A stretch of 63,944 nt of DNA, counting the filler, from Vicugna vicugna (taxonomy: Eukaryota): the NCBI GenBank assembly GCA_013265495.1. It is 75 parts of 75 records of this genome, joined end to end, with 100 filler letters (N's around TTAATTAATTAA, not from the genome) between each part and the next. Parts side by side here need not be neighbours in the genome. Positions count along the whole stretch, not along the records: positions 48,329 to 49,408 come from MU063236.1; positions 49,509 to 50,636 come from MU063240.1; positions 50,737 to 51,243 come from PNXW01028338.1; positions 51,344 to 52,306 come from PNXW01028340.1; positions 52,407 to 53,763 come from MU063241.1; positions 53,864 to 54,495 come from MU063242.1; positions 54,596 to 55,194 come from MU063243.1; positions 55,295 to 55,523 come from PNXW01028350.1; 67 more parts are not named here. One strand, written 5' to 3'. Shown piece by piece: positions 48,329 to 61,633 of this stretch. The notes under the pieces were generated by a model. It ran no database searches, was not told the DNA's origin, and saw nothing but the letters and a program-made list of their open reading frames with translations. Numbering within the stretch: the stretch's first letter is position 1; every line of letters begins with the position of its first letter. Position numbers and translations under genes: made by a program.

Positions 48329-49408
48329 TAGAACACAGATATACAATATAGAATATAGATTATAGAACCCAGAGTTTTGAACATGGAATGCAGAAGACAG
48401 TAATAACAATATATAATACAGTATACTGATCATAGAACTTAGAACATAGAATGCAGAACACAGAATTTAGAATATGGAATACAGAATACTGAATATAGAA
48501 TGGAGAACATGGGGTGCAGAACACAGAATTTCGAATCGAANNNNNNNNNNNNNNNNNNNNNNNNNNNNNNNNNNNNNNNNNNNNNNNNNNNNNNNNNNNN
48601 NNNNNNNNNNNNNNNNNNNNNNNNNNNNNNNNNNNNNNNNNNNNNNNNNNNNNNNNNNNNNNNNNNNNNNNNNNNNNNNNNNNNNNNNNNNNNNNNNNNN
48701 NNNNNNNNNNNNNNNNNNNNNNNNNNNNNNNNNNNNNNNNNNNNNNNNNNNNNNNNNNNNNNNNNNNNNNNNNNNNNNNNNNNNNNNNNNNNNNNNNNNN
48801 NNNNNNNNNNNNNNNNNNNNNNNNNNNNNNNNNNNNNNNNNNNNNNNNNNNNNNNNNNNNNNNNNNNNNNNNNNNNNNNNNNNNNNNNNNNNNNNNNNNN
48901 NNNNNNNNNNNNNNNNNNNNNNNNNNNNNNNNNNNNNNNNNNNNNNNNNNNNNNNNNNNNNNNNNNNNNNNNNNNNNNNNNNNNNNNNNNNNNNNNNNNN
49001 NNNNNNNNNNNNNNNNNNNNNNNNNNNNNNNNNNNNNNNNNNNNNNNNNNNNNNNNNNNNNNNNNNNNNNNNNNNNNNNNNNNNNNNNNNNNNNNNNNNN
49101 NNNNNNNNNNNNNNNNNNNNNNNNNNNNNNNNTATAGAATTTAGAATATAGTATGTAGAACACAAAATATAGAATGTAGAATACGAAATGCAGATATAGA
49201 ATACAGAATTTAGAATGTAGAAAACATATTATAGAATATGGAAAAAGAATACTGAAAACAGAATTTAGAACGTGGTATGCAGGACACAGTATTTAGAATA
49301 AAGAATACAGAATTGTGCATATAGAAATTATAATGTGGAATGCGGAAAACAGATTTTAGAATGCAGAATACAGAATACTGAATATAGAATTTAGAACATG
49401 GAATGCAG
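48329..49408. repeat. Heptamer-derived satellite (gapped)
   Basis: TATAGAA-type units. Confidence 0.92.
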
Positions 49409-49508
49409 NNNNNNNNNNNNNNNNNNNNNNNNNNNNNNNNNNNNNNNNNNNNTTAATTAATTAANNNNNNNNNNNNNNNNNNNNNNNNNNNNNNNNNNNN
49501 NNNNNNNN

Positions 49509-50636
49509 TGCCATGTTGTTGGAATACAAGTAAATTACATATCTGTTAGGTGGTAATCGATCCAGAACAATTTTTCTGTGAAAAATGCACGAGTTCGAAC
49601 CTGGTGTTAGGGAAAGCTTGTGAAAATGTGTACACGTGTCTAGATGAAATTGTTNNNNNNNNNNNNNNNNNNNNNNNNNNNNNNNNNNNNNNNNNNNNNN
49701 NNNNNNNNNNNNNNNNNNNNNNNNNNNNNNNNNNNNNNNNNNNNNNNNNNNNNNNNNNNNNNNNNNNNNNNNNNNNNNNNNNNNNNNNNNNNNNNNNNNN
49801 NNNNNNNNNNNNNNNNNNNNTGGGATCAAAGTATGATTCTTGAACCTGGTGATAGGAAGAAGCTACGAAGACAAAGTAAATATTTCAGAGAGCATAGGTA
49901 ACTTCTTTGGTGGTTAAAACATCAGTCATGCGCATGTACACAACTCAGAAATGCATGTAGGAAGAATCCGTGTTGCATGAATCATGCTCGTAATACGGAA
50001 TTCCATGGTTATGTAAACAATGTAAATTACATGTGTATTGGTGAGAATTCGCTCAAAGAGTGTTTTCTAGTNNNNNNNNNNNNNNNNNNNNNNNNNNNNN
50101 NNNNNNNNNNNNNNNNNNNNNNNNNNNNNNNNNNNNNNNNNNNNNNNNNNNNNNNNNNNNNNNNNNNNNNNNNNNNNNNNNNNNNNNNNNNNNNNNNNNN
50201 NNNNNNNNNNNNNNNNNNNNNNNNNNNNNNNNNNNNNNNNNNNNNNNNNNNNNNNNNNNNNNNNNNNNNNNNNNNNNNNNNNNNNNNNNNNNNNNNNNNN
50301 NNNNNNNNNNNNNNNNNNNNNNNNNNNNNNNNNNNNNNNNNNNNNNNNNNNNNNNNNNNNNNNNNNNNNNNNNNNNNNNNNNNNNNNNNNNNNNNNNNNN
50401 NNNNNNNNNNNNNNNNNNNNNNNNNNNNNNNNNNNNNNNNNNNNNNNNNNNNNNNNNTTGTCAAATCCGTCATGTATGTAGCATGTACGGAACACGGAAT
50501 ATCATGTAGATGGCATCTATTCAAATTACGTATCTCTAGGGTAGAATTCGCTCCAAGAGGGTTTTACTGAGATCAAAGTGTGATTCCTTGCAACTGGTGA
50601 TAGGCAGAAGCTACGAAGTAAAAATAAATATTTCAT
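49509..50636. repeat. ~247-bp satellite (reverse, gapped)
   Basis: B, A and C monomer segments in reverse complement. Confidence 0.9.
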
Positions 50637-51073
50637 NNNNNNNNNNNNNNNNNNNNNNNNNNNNNNNNNNNNNNNNNNNNTTAATTAATTAANNNNNNNN
50701 NNNNNNNNNNNNNNNNNNNNNNNNNNNNNNNNNNNNGGATTGGGTGAGACCTGACTCAATGTGGCCACTTTTAAATGTGCCATTACTTTTACAAATGACA
50801 TCAGAGATTATCGTGGATATGACTGTTCTTACTACCCAGGCTTCACTGCATTAATAAGTTTTAAAAATGTATCTCCTAATACACCAAGAAGTGAAATGGA
50901 AGAGATACTCCAAATATACCACTAAGTGAAACAAGCACATTGTGGCCTAGTGACTCTACCCGGAAGGTCAGATCAAAGGACACTCTCAGTTCCTTGTTTT
51001 CCTTATAGTTGGAATTTGTATGTGCTGGCATGACACTGATCACCAAAAAAAATGAAGACAAGTTAACCACAGC

Positions 51074-51201
51074 GGGGAGGGCACAGCTCAGTGGTAGAGC
51101 AGGTGCTCAGCATGCACGAGGTCCTGGGCTTAATCCCTGGTGCCTCCATTAAAAACTAAACAAATAAGTAAGTAAATATACAAATACCCCGCCCCCCAAA
51201 A
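51074..51201 (+). mobile_element. tRNA-Ala-derived SINE (camelid vic-1-like) with probable target-site duplication
   Basis: ggggagggcacagctcagtggtagagc...gaggtcctgggcttaatccc...cctcca plus A-rich tail. AAGTTAACC at 51060-51068 and 51202-51210. Confidence 0.85.
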
Positions 51202-52544
51202 AAGTTAACCTTCAATGTACCAAAAGCCATTTTAGCCTTTTAANNNNNNNNNNNNNNNNNNNNNNNNNNNNNNNNNNNNNNNNNNNNTTAATTAATTAAN
51301 NNNNNNNNNNNNNNNNNNNNNNNNNNNNNNNNNNNNNNNNNNNCCTTAGAGCATTTCTCCTCCTCCTCGTTGCGCAGTCTCCCCACTTCCTGTCATTTCC
51401 CTCCAGACCTGCAGCCAGTGCTCCTGTCATTTGAAGACATCACAAGTCTGATCTCATAGCACCGATGCGAGCCACACCTTCCATCCTGCCAATCCTGCCT
51501 CGGGATGACTTTGAGACAGTTTACGGACCACTCCAATGCGTCCCAGGGAGGTTGTCCTTTCATTTCAGGAAGATTTCAACAGCGACAAATCCCTCATTTA
51601 CAGAAGTCCCAGCGTGGTGAGGCAGTAATGCCAAGATTTCAACAATCATCCCCTGGTTCCCAGCCACACACGGCTCCACCCACCTTGAGTGACAGCCTCC
51701 AAGAAGGTTAGCTTGGCTGATTCCCAGGACAGAAAACTGGGATACACCATTCTGGGGCCAAAATGGAAAAAAATAAAAAGTAACCCCAATGACATTTTGA
51801 AAACAATTGTTTTAAAAAAATACATTCTCTATAGATTTATTTCAATTTATTTCCAAATGAATGAAGACCAATAGTCCCCTTTCGTTTGGTTTGAAAGTTT
51901 CAGAAGAGATAATCTTGACATTTTCTTGCCCGTATATGATTTTTATGATACATGCACACAGACATGCACACCCATACATCCATATATACAGCTCATGAGA
52001 TTTGAACATCTTAGGAAGAAAAAGATGCTCTCATCCACTACTCTTCAAGAAATTCACCCCCACACCTTGTTGGCAATTCAGTGTATATAAAAGACTTGAT
52101 TTAGACACTACTATGGCTTAGAGATTTCGAGACCATATTAATGGGCAGATTTCAGAAATTAGAAACTGCTATTTAAACTCTTATTTCTTAAGTCATGGCC
52201 TTATACGTTCTGTGTAAACATCTCCTAAATGAACCAAGATTAGTCAGAGAAATTTATTGTAAGGAATATTGACAAAAGAAGCAAAACAATGCAAATTTGG
52301 CCTTGTNNNNNNNNNNNNNNNNNNNNNNNNNNNNNNNNNNNNNNNNNNNNTTAATTAATTAANNNNNNNNNNNNNNNNNNNNNNNNNNNNNNNNNNNNNN
52401 NNNNNNTCAGCGCTTACCTCTCCCAGTACGCTTGTGCTGATCTGTTCAAAGCGGTTTGCCGAACAGTTTGTTGGTGGTCTTTCGGACAAAGCCATAAAGC
52501 ATTGATTGAAGGTGGCTGGAATGGAATCTATTCTTATTAATATT

Positions 52545-52621
52545 AAGTAAGCACATATTGAGTGCTTACTGTATGTTGGGAATTGTCCCTCAGCCTCACA
52601 TGAAAATTATTTCTCTTAAAA
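52545..52621 (-). mobile_element. Probable MIR fragment
   Basis: tattgagtgcttactgtatg...attatttctcttaa resembles the antisense MIR 3' end. Confidence 0.5.
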
Positions 52622-53863
52622 NNNNNNNNNNNNNNNNNNNNNNNNNNNNNNNNNNNNNNNNNNNNNNNNNNNNNNNNNNNNNNNNNNNNNNNNNNNNNNN
52701 NNNNNNNNNNNNNNNNNNNNNNNNNNNNNNNNNNNNNNNNNNNNNNNNNNNNNNNNNNNNNNNNNNNNNNNNNNNNNNNNNNNNNNNNNNNNNNNNNNNN
52801 NNNNNNNNNNNNNNNNNNNNNNNNNNNNNNNNNNNNNNNNNNNNNNNNNNNNNNNNNNNNNNNNNNNNNNNNNNNNNNNNNNNNNNNNNNNNNNNNNNNN
52901 NNNNNNNNNNNNNNNNNNNNNNNNNNNNNNNNNNNNNNNNNNNNNNNNNNNNNNNNNNNNNNNNNNNNNNNNNNNNNNNNNNNNNGGTGCTCTCGTAGGT
53001 CACTTTTGTCTTGTAGGAATGCTTAGAAACATTTAGAAGGCTCGGTAGGAGATGATGTGTGAGTCAGAGTAGGGTGGCTGTGAGGTGTAGCAGTGTTCAG
53101 TCTTCAAGTGATTTTTAGTCCCAGGTTTGTGGCTCAGTAGCCATGTCACTTTGGATGACGCACTCAAGGAAGTGAAACAATTTACCTAATCAATTGAAGC
53201 AGTGATGTACCGACTTCCCAGGACTGCTGTGGAAATCCAGTGAGATAACTTGTGCAGAGTGTGCAGCGTGGTCCGCAGCACAGAGTCANNNNNNNNNNNN
53301 NNNNNNNNNNNNNNGGTCAGGTGTGGGTGGTGGGACTTGGTGACTGAGGATATCTGGGCCCTGAAGGAGGGGTCCAGTCACATCTGTGAGTGATGGGCCT
53401 GAGCTGGGAGAGGCAGGGAGACATTGCCCCCAGACCAGGGGCCCTGGGCAGGACAGCTATTGGAGGAGCACCGTGAAGTCAGCTCTTTGCAGGTGGAATT
53501 GGAGGTGCCCTTGAGACATCTAAGTGCAGTGTCACGAGCTCACAGAGGAGGTCTTATCCCGGGGTTTGCATTTTCCTATAATCTCAATCCCTGAGGACGC
53601 CAAGGTATTGATCACTGAGCATGAAGTCATACTTGACAGGACAAGTGAATAGTAGTATCTGTCATCAAAGCTCACGTCTCTTTATTCATCACTCACTTTG
53701 CTAATTGGGTACTTATGAAGCTCACTTCACCGCCCTTCCCTGGGCTCAGGCTCCACAGAAAAGNNNNNNNNNNNNNNNNNNNNNNNNNNNNNNNNNNNNN
53801 NNNNNNNTTAATTAATTAANNNNNNNNNNNNNNNNNNNNNNNNNNNNNNNNNNNNNNNNNNNN

Positions 53864-54495
53864 AAGTTTGAGGAATCCGTGATGCATGAAACATGTTCGT
53901 AATACGGAATGCCATGGTTATGTAAACAATGTAAATTACATGTGTATTGGTGAGAATTCGCTCAAAGAGTGTTTTCTGGTGCCAGATGTCCGATTTTAGA
54001 ACCTGGTGATAGAAAAATCTATGAAGTCAGAGTAAAGAATTCTAAGTGTATATGCGCATTGTTTGGTGGATGAAAGGTCAGTAATCCACATGCTCACAAT
54101 TCAGAAATGCATGATTGCCGAATCCGTCATACATGTAACAAGTACAGAACCCGGAATTACATGTTGATGGAATACATGTAAATTCCATATCTGTTAGGTG
54201 GAAATCGCTCCAGAACATTTTTTTCTGTGAAAAATGCACGAATTCGAACCTGGTGTTAGGGAAAGCTTGTGAAAATGTGTACAAGTGTCTAGATGAAAAT
54301 ATTACTTTTATTGAGGATGAAAGATCAGTAATCCACATGATCTCAACTCAGGAATGCATGTTTGTCAAATCCGTCATGTATGTAGCATCTAAGGAATACG
54401 GAATATCATGTAGATGGAATCTATTGAAATTACATATCTCTAGGTTACATTTGGCTCCAAGAGGGTTTTTCTGGGATCAAAGTGTGATTCTTGAA
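53864..54495. repeat. ~247-bp satellite (reverse; C, B, A)
   Basis: ctggtg at 54003 and 54250 (247 bp apart). Confidence 0.92.
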
Positions 54496-54595
54496 NNNNN
54501 NNNNNNNNNNNNNNNNNNNNNNNNNNNNNNNNNNNNNNNTTAATTAATTAANNNNNNNNNNNNNNNNNNNNNNNNNNNNNNNNNNNNNNNNNNNN

Positions 54596-55194
54596 ATCCC
54601 TTAAGAAAATAGATTTCAGGTACAATATGATTTACCCTGAATTAAAAACAGCTCTCTATATATCCAGAGGAAACTAATTCGAAAAGATACATACACCCCA
54701 ATGTTCACAGCAGCACTATCTGTAACAGCCAAGACATGAAAACAAACTAAATGTCCACTGATAGATAACTGGATAAAGAAGATGTAGCATATACCTACAA
54801 TGGAATACTACTCAGCCATAAAAAAGAATGAAATAACGCCATTTGCAGCAACATGGGATGGACCTGGAGAACGTCATTCTATGGGAAGTAACCCAGAAAG
54901 AGAAAAAATATGTACCATATGCTATCACTTATGTGTGGAATCTTAAAAGAAAGAATAAAAGGACACCAATGAACTTATTTATAAAACAGAAACAGACTCA
55001 CAGACATGGAAAACAAACTTATGGTTACCAGGGGGGNNNNNNNNNNNNNNNNNNNNNNGAGGGTAGAGTAAATTGGGAGTTTGGCATTTGCAGATACTGA
55101 CTACTATATATAAAACAGATAAAAAATAAGGCCCTTTTATATAGCACAGGGGACTACATTCAACACCCTGAAATAACCTATAAAGAAAAAGAGT
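54596..55194 (+). mobile_element. LINE-1 3' UTR (artiodactyl type)
   Basis: acaatggaatactactcagccataaaaaagaatgaaata...gaaacagactcacagac...atagcacaggg. Confidence 0.9.
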
Positions 55195-55294
55195 NNNNNN
55201 NNNNNNNNNNNNNNNNNNNNNNNNNNNNNNNNNNNNNNTTAATTAATTAANNNNNNNNNNNNNNNNNNNNNNNNNNNNNNNNNNNNNNNNNNNN

Positions 55295-55523
55295 TCTACA
55301 TTGTATATTCTAAATTATATACTCAGTATTCGGTATTCTTTATTCTAAATTCTGTGCTCTACATTCTATATACTAAATTCTAAATTCAGCATTCTGTATT
55401 CTATATTCTAAATTCTGTTTTCTGCATTCCATGTTCTATATTCGGAGTTCTGCCTTCTATATTCTTTATTGTGTATTCTGCATGCCTTATTCTATATTCT
55501 GTGTTCTACATTCTATATTCTTA
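55295..55523. repeat. Heptamer-derived satellite
   Basis: TATTCTA-type units. Confidence 0.9.
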
Positions 55524-55623
55524 NNNNNNNNNNNNNNNNNNNNNNNNNNNNNNNNNNNNNNNNNNNNTTAATTAATTAANNNNNNNNNNNNNNNNNNNNN
55601 NNNNNNNNNNNNNNNNNNNNNNN

Positions 55624-56678
55624 GCCAGGGGATGCTAGGGGGTTTTGCAGGAAATCCCAGTGACAGGGATGCCTCCCCATGGTCAGGGAAGTTATTTCTC
55701 GGAGTTCCCCGAGCAGGGAACACCTGTGACTGAAGAGAGCTGCCTGGAGTTGTCTCTCGAGCTCCCCAACTCAATGAAAATGGTTCCGGAATCCTGAGCG
55801 TGGGGAGGTTCCACCAACGACCAACTGTCGACAGGGCGTGGGTTCTAAGGGAATGCCTGTGCTCGACTCCCCTGAGTGTTTTCCTCATGTCTCTGTGCCA
55901 GGGAATGCTAGGGATTTTGCAGGAAATCCCAGTTACAGAGGCTGCCTCCGCAAGGTCAGGGAAGTTGTTTCTCGAACTTCCCGTGAAGCGAACACATGTG
56001 ACTGAAAAGAGCTGCGTGGAGTTGTCTCTAGAGCTCCCCCACTCAATGACAATGGTTCCGGAATCCTGAGCATGGGGAGGTTCCACCAACGTTCGGCAGC
56101 GCCTGGGTTCTAAGGGAATGCCTGTGCTCGTCTCCCCTNNNNNNNNNNNNNNNNNNNNNNNNNNNNNNNNNNNNNNNNNNNNNNNNNNNNNNNNNNNNNN
56201 NNNNNNNNNNNNNNNNNNNNNNNNNNNNNNNNNNNNNNNNNNNNNNNNNNNNNNNNNNNNNNNGAGTTGTCTCTCGAGCTCCCCCACTCAATGACAATGG
56301 TTCCGGAATCCTGAGCGTGTGGAGGTTAGTTCAACGGTCGGCAGCGCATGAGTTCTAACGGAATGCCTGTACTCGTCTCCCCTGAGGGTTTTCTTAATGT
56401 CTCTGTTCCAGGGTATGCTAGGGGTTGTTGCAGGAAATTCCAGTGTCCGAGGCTGCCTCCCCAATGTCAGGGAAGTCATTTCTCGGACTTCCCCGTGTAG
56501 GGAACACCTGTGACTGAAGAGAGCTGCGTGGAGTTGTCTCTCGAGCTCCCCCACTCAATGACAATGGTTCCGGAATCCTGAGCGTGGGTAGGTTCCACCA
56601 ACGGTCTGCAGCGCGTTGGTTCAAAGGAATTCCTGTGCTCGTCTCCCCTGAGGGTTTACCACATGTCTCTGTGCCAGG
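55624..56678. repeat. 267-bp satellite, subfamily B
   Basis: atgacaatgg at 56291 and 56558 (267 bp apart). B diagnostics present. Confidence 0.93.
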
Positions 56679-56954
56679 NNNNNNNNNNNNNNNNNNNNNN
56701 NNNNNNNNNNNNNNNNNNNNNNTTAATTAATTAANNNNNNNNNNNNNNNNNNNNNNNNNNNNNNNNNNNNNNNNNNNNCTCTGTTGGCCCCCTCGTCTGT
56801 GCTACTCACAGTGTCCGTCAGCATGAATATCGTGCACCTCCAACACTGGGTCAGGTGCTACTCTCCTTCGTGGTGGGCAGGTTGGTCATTCCCCCTCCAG
56901 ATGCCACAGTCAGTGCTGTGCCAGTTGCTCCATAGGTGGGCTCAGCTTCAAGAA

Positions 56955-57947
56955 TAACAGCTTTATGGAGGTATAATTCACATACCATAAAATGCAGCAT
57001 TTGAAAGTGTGCATTAGTGTTTTAAGTACATTTCAGGGCTTTGTAGCCATCACTCCCAAAAGGAACTGGTACCCTTTAGTAAGTCAGTCCCTAACCTTCC
57101 TTTTCCCTTAGCCCCCAGCAGCTACAACTGTACTTTCTGCCTCTATGTATTTGCCTGTTCTGGGCATTTCATATAAGTAGAACCATACAGTATGCTGCCT
57201 TATTTGATTGTCATCTTTCATTTAGTGTGACGTAGTCTGGACTCATCCATGGTGTAGCATATATCAGTACCCAAATTCCTTTATGTGTTCAAATAATATG
57301 CCATTGTTATAAATACTCCACATTGCTTATCCATCCANNNNNNNNNNNNNNNNNNNNNNNNNNNNNNNNNNNNNNNNNNNNNNNNNNNNNNNNNNNNNNN
57401 NNNNNNNNNNNNNNNNNNNNNNNNNNNNNNNNNNNNNNNNNNNNNNNNNNNNNNNNNNNNNNNNNNNNNNNNNNNNNNNNNNNNNNNNNNNNNNNNNNNN
57501 NNNNNNNNNNNNNNNNNNNNNNNNNNNNNNNNNNNNNNNNNNNNNNNNNNNNNNNNNNNNNNNNNNNNNNNNNNNNNNNNNNNNNNNNNNNNNNNNNNNN
57601 NNNNNNNNNNNNNNNNNNNNNNNNNNNNNNNNNNNNNNNNNNNNNNNNNNNNNNNNNNNNNNNNNNNNNNNNNNNNNNNNNNNNNNNNNNNNNNNNNNNN
57701 NNNNNNNNNNNNNNNNNNNNNNNNNNNNNNNNNNNNNNNNNNNNNNNNNNNNNNNNNNNNNNNNNNNNNNNNNNNNNNNNNNNNNNNNNNNNNNNNNNNN
57801 NNNNNNNNNNNNNNNNNNNNNNNNNNNNNNNNNNNNNAATAATTTCACCTGTGGATTGTCTTCTTACTTTCTTGATGAAGTCCTTTGAAGCACTGAAGTT
57901 TATAATTTTACTGAAGTCCAGTTTACTTGATTTTTTTCTTTTGTTGT
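56955..57947 (-). mobile_element. Old L1M 3' fragment
   Basis: cagctttatggaggtataattcacataccataaaat is a typical antisense L1M terminus. Confidence 0.8.
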
Positions 57948-58916
57948 NNNNNNNNNNNNNNNNNNNNNNNNNNNNNNNNNNNNNNNNNNNNTTAATTAAT
58001 TAANNNNNNNNNNNNNNNNNNNNNNNNNNNNNNNNNNNNNNNNNNNNTAAAAATGTAGACCTGTGGCAGGGTGCTGCATTTGCAAGTGACTTCCGGTAGA
58101 GAGAACACTGAAAAGAATGCAGTGTTATTTCTTTTTTTATTCCTTTAAGCTTTTGAATAGAAGGTTTTCTTTGCAGAGTTTCTGAAGTACATCAGAACAA
58201 GCAGGAACCAAAAATAGCTTTAAGAAAGCACCAATATAGATGTTGCTTATAGTATGGTATCTGTCTTAAAGTTAATTCTTTAAAGCAGGAAGTTGTAACT
58301 CTCAATTTCTTAAGCAAATATAAACATTCTTGACCCTTAATGACATTGTTTGTGGGGTGAAGCTGCTTTTTCTTCCATTCTGATCATTGAAATGCCTTCT
58401 ATGATACTTCTGCCAGTCCTCAATATTTTATTTTCCCTCTGTTGTGAACTTGTTATTAAACTTGAAGCAGATATAAATATCATTAACTTGCTACATATGG
58501 AGATATTCAGTGTTACATAGTCAGAAAGTTTGTGTACATCTCACGTTTCTACATAATTCCCCCCTTTCCAACTGAGTTCCTGATGAAAGGATGGTGGGAA
58601 GTGGCATTATGCGGATATGTCTTACAATACACAGTGTTTCCCCTGTTCCCTCTACCAGATCTGGATGTTCTTTCGTGTTTCAGCTTCTAGACTTACTAGC
58701 TGTTTTTCTTAAACCAGGTATAACTCATCCCCTTGCTCACACACACATGTGTACACACACACACAATCTGTTGTAGGGAGTAGCGTGCACCATCCCATTC
58801 TTCCACTCCAGCTCTGNNNNNNNNNNNNNNNNNNNNNNNNNNNNNNNNNNNNNNNNNNNNTTAATTAATTAANNNNNNNNNNNNNNNNNNNNNNNNNNNN
58901 NNNNNNNNNNNNNNNN

Positions 58917-59295
58917 TTTCAAACATAATTATTTGCTCTACTATCTTTTTTATAGATTTCCCTGAATTTTCTACTCAGACAATAAGGCTATCTGTGAATA
59001 AAGATATGTTCAGTTCTTCCTTTCCAAACTGTATGTCTTTTGTTTCATTCTCTTGCCTTATTGCACTGGCTAGAGTCCCTAGCAAAATCTTAGATACAAG
59101 TGGTGAGAGCCAAAATTCTTCTCCTAGTCCTGAAATTAGGGGGAAAACATTCATTCATTCACCATCAAGTGTGACATTTGATATAGTTTTTTGTAGAGGC
59201 TCTTTATTAAATTGAGAAAATTCCCTTCAATTTCTAAATCATTGAGAATTTGTAATCAAGAATGAATGCTTTCTCTGGACCTATTAAGATTACCC
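58917..59295 (-). mobile_element. Old LINE-1 ORF2 fragment
   Basis: tcttgccttattgcactggctaga...aagtggtgagagc. Confidence 0.8.
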
Positions 59296-59841
59296 TGATT
59301 AACTAATCATCTGTTACTGTCAATCTCTGTAGCTACATTACTGGTAAATTATCACAATAAAATATTAAATCATATATCACTCTCCTGTTTTATATAATAA
59401 TGAAACAAAGCTCACAAGTGTCTAGGAATTTCATGACAGAACTAAACATTTTGAACACAAATATCTCTGATACCAAAACTTGGTCCCTGTTTTGTCTATT
59501 ATAGATTATTTTCAGAGTAAATTTGAGAGAGACCAGAGGGCAGAAATAGCATAAATATCTTCTTGATCCTTTGGAATACTTTAAGACAGTCTGTTAACAG
59601 GTTCTTTATTTATGCAAACTGAACTAATAAAAATGATTAAAGAATTGTAGATTTGGCTCTTTCACAAAAGAAGAAAGAAACTTTATGAAGCATACCCAAA
59701 TGCCATTCAGGAGCTGACCACTAGGCAGTGCCTTGACCATTNNNNNNNNNNNNNNNNNNNNNNNNNNNNNNNNNNNNNNNNNNNNTTAATTAATTAANNN
59801 NNNNNNNNNNNNNNNNNNNNNNNNNNNNNNNNNNNNNNNNN

Positions 59842-60625
59842 ATTCTTAAATCACAATGACAAATGCTGGAGTGTCTGTGGAGAATAGGGAAACTTCCTTC
59901 ACTGCTGGCGGCAATGAAGATTGGTGCAGCAACTGTGGAAAACAGGATGAAGATTCCTCAAAAACCTAGGAATAGGCTTACCATATGACCCAGGAAACCT
60001 ACTCCTGGCCATAAATCATGAAGGAACCCTAGTTCTGGATGACACCTGTACCCCAATATTTATAGCCAGCACTATTTACAATAGCCAAGACATAGAAACA
60101 GCCTAAATATCCATCGACAGTTGACTAGATAAAGAAGAGGTGGTATATTTATACAATGGAATACTGGTCAGCCATATAAAGTGAAAACATTACGCCATTT
60201 TCAGCAACATGGATGGTCCAGGAGAAAATCAGTCTAAGTGAAGTAAGCCAGAAAGAGAAAGTAATATACCATATGATATGGCTCATCAGTGGAATCAAAA
60301 AAACAAACAAAACAAAACAAAAAAAAAAAGCACAAAAACAGAAATAGACACGCAGATGTAGAATACAAGCTTTTGTTAGCCAAGGGGGCGGCGTGTGGGA
60401 AGGGATAGACTAGGAGGTCTATATTTTATAATAGATAAACAGGATTGTACTGTATAGCACAAGGAAATATATAAAAGTTCTTATGGAAGCCCACAGTGGA
60501 AAAAATGGGACAAAAAAATGTATTTTTGTTCATTGTAACTGCAAAACTGTGCCCTACACTGGGATTGGAGACAATTTTGTAAAATGACAGTAAATCAAAG
60601 AAGAAAATTTAAAAAAATTAAAAAA
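59842..60625 (+). mobile_element. LINE-1 3' end with poly(A), paralogous to 34062-34962
   Basis: L1 ORF2 C-terminus and 3' UTR, followed by the same flank (catgatcYtaaatattaca). Confidence 0.9.
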
Positions 60626-61633
60626 CATGATCCTAAATATTACANNNNNNNNNNNNNNNNNNNNNNNNNNNNNNNNNNNNNNNNNNNNTTAATTAATTAA
60701 NNNNNNNNNNNNNNNNNNNNNNNNNNNNNNNNNNNNNNNNNNNNCCAGGGCTGTTTCCTCCCTTATTTCACTGCCAGTTTCATTCCCAGATTACAGTCCC
60801 CAACAAAAGGCTTTCCCAGTTTGAATATCTTAATCAGGTCACATTGACCCTGAGTCCCTGGCATTTTCCTATGAGCACTCATAGAAACAGCACAGGGCCT
60901 GGCAGTGGCTGTGGGCCAGGTTCCTGGGTGAGGGGACTTGCTGGGCCCTTCAGGTTCTGTAGCCTGGCCCGAGCTCAGCTCCCAGCANNNNNNNNNNNNN
61001 NNNNNNNNNNNNNNNNNNNNNNNNNNNNNNNNNNNNNNNNNNNNNNNNNNNNNNNNNNNNNNNNNNNNNNNNNNNNNNNNNNNNNNNNNNNNNNNNNNNN
61101 NNNNNNNNNNNNNNNNNNNNNNNNNNNNNNNNNNNNNNNNNNNNNNNNNNNNNNNNNNNNNNNNNNNNNNNNNNNNNNNNNNNNNNNNNNNNNNNNNNNN
61201 NNNNNNNNNNNNNNNNNNNNNNNNNNNNNNNNNNNNNNNNNNNNNNNNNNNNNNNNNNNNNNNNNNNNNNNNNNNNNNNNNNNNNNNNNNNNNNNNNNNN
61301 NNNNNNNNNNNNNNNNNNNNNNNNNNNNNNNNNNNNNNNNNNNNNNNNNNNNNNNNNNNNNNNNNNNNNNNNNNNNNNNNNNNNNNNNNNNNNNNNNNNN
61401 NNNNNNNNNNNNNNNNNNNNNNNNNNNNNNNNNNNNNNNNNNNNNNNNNNCCATTCCCATCAAATTGCCCCATTTTCGGTGTCCACTCTGCTGCAAAACA
61501 TAGACTAATATTCAGAAATATGACAGCAAGGTCNNNNNNNNNNNNNNNNNNNNNNNNNNNNNNNNNNNNNNNNNNNNTTAATTAATTAANNNNNNNNNNN
61601 NNNNNNNNNNNNNNNNNNNNNNNNNNNNNNNNN

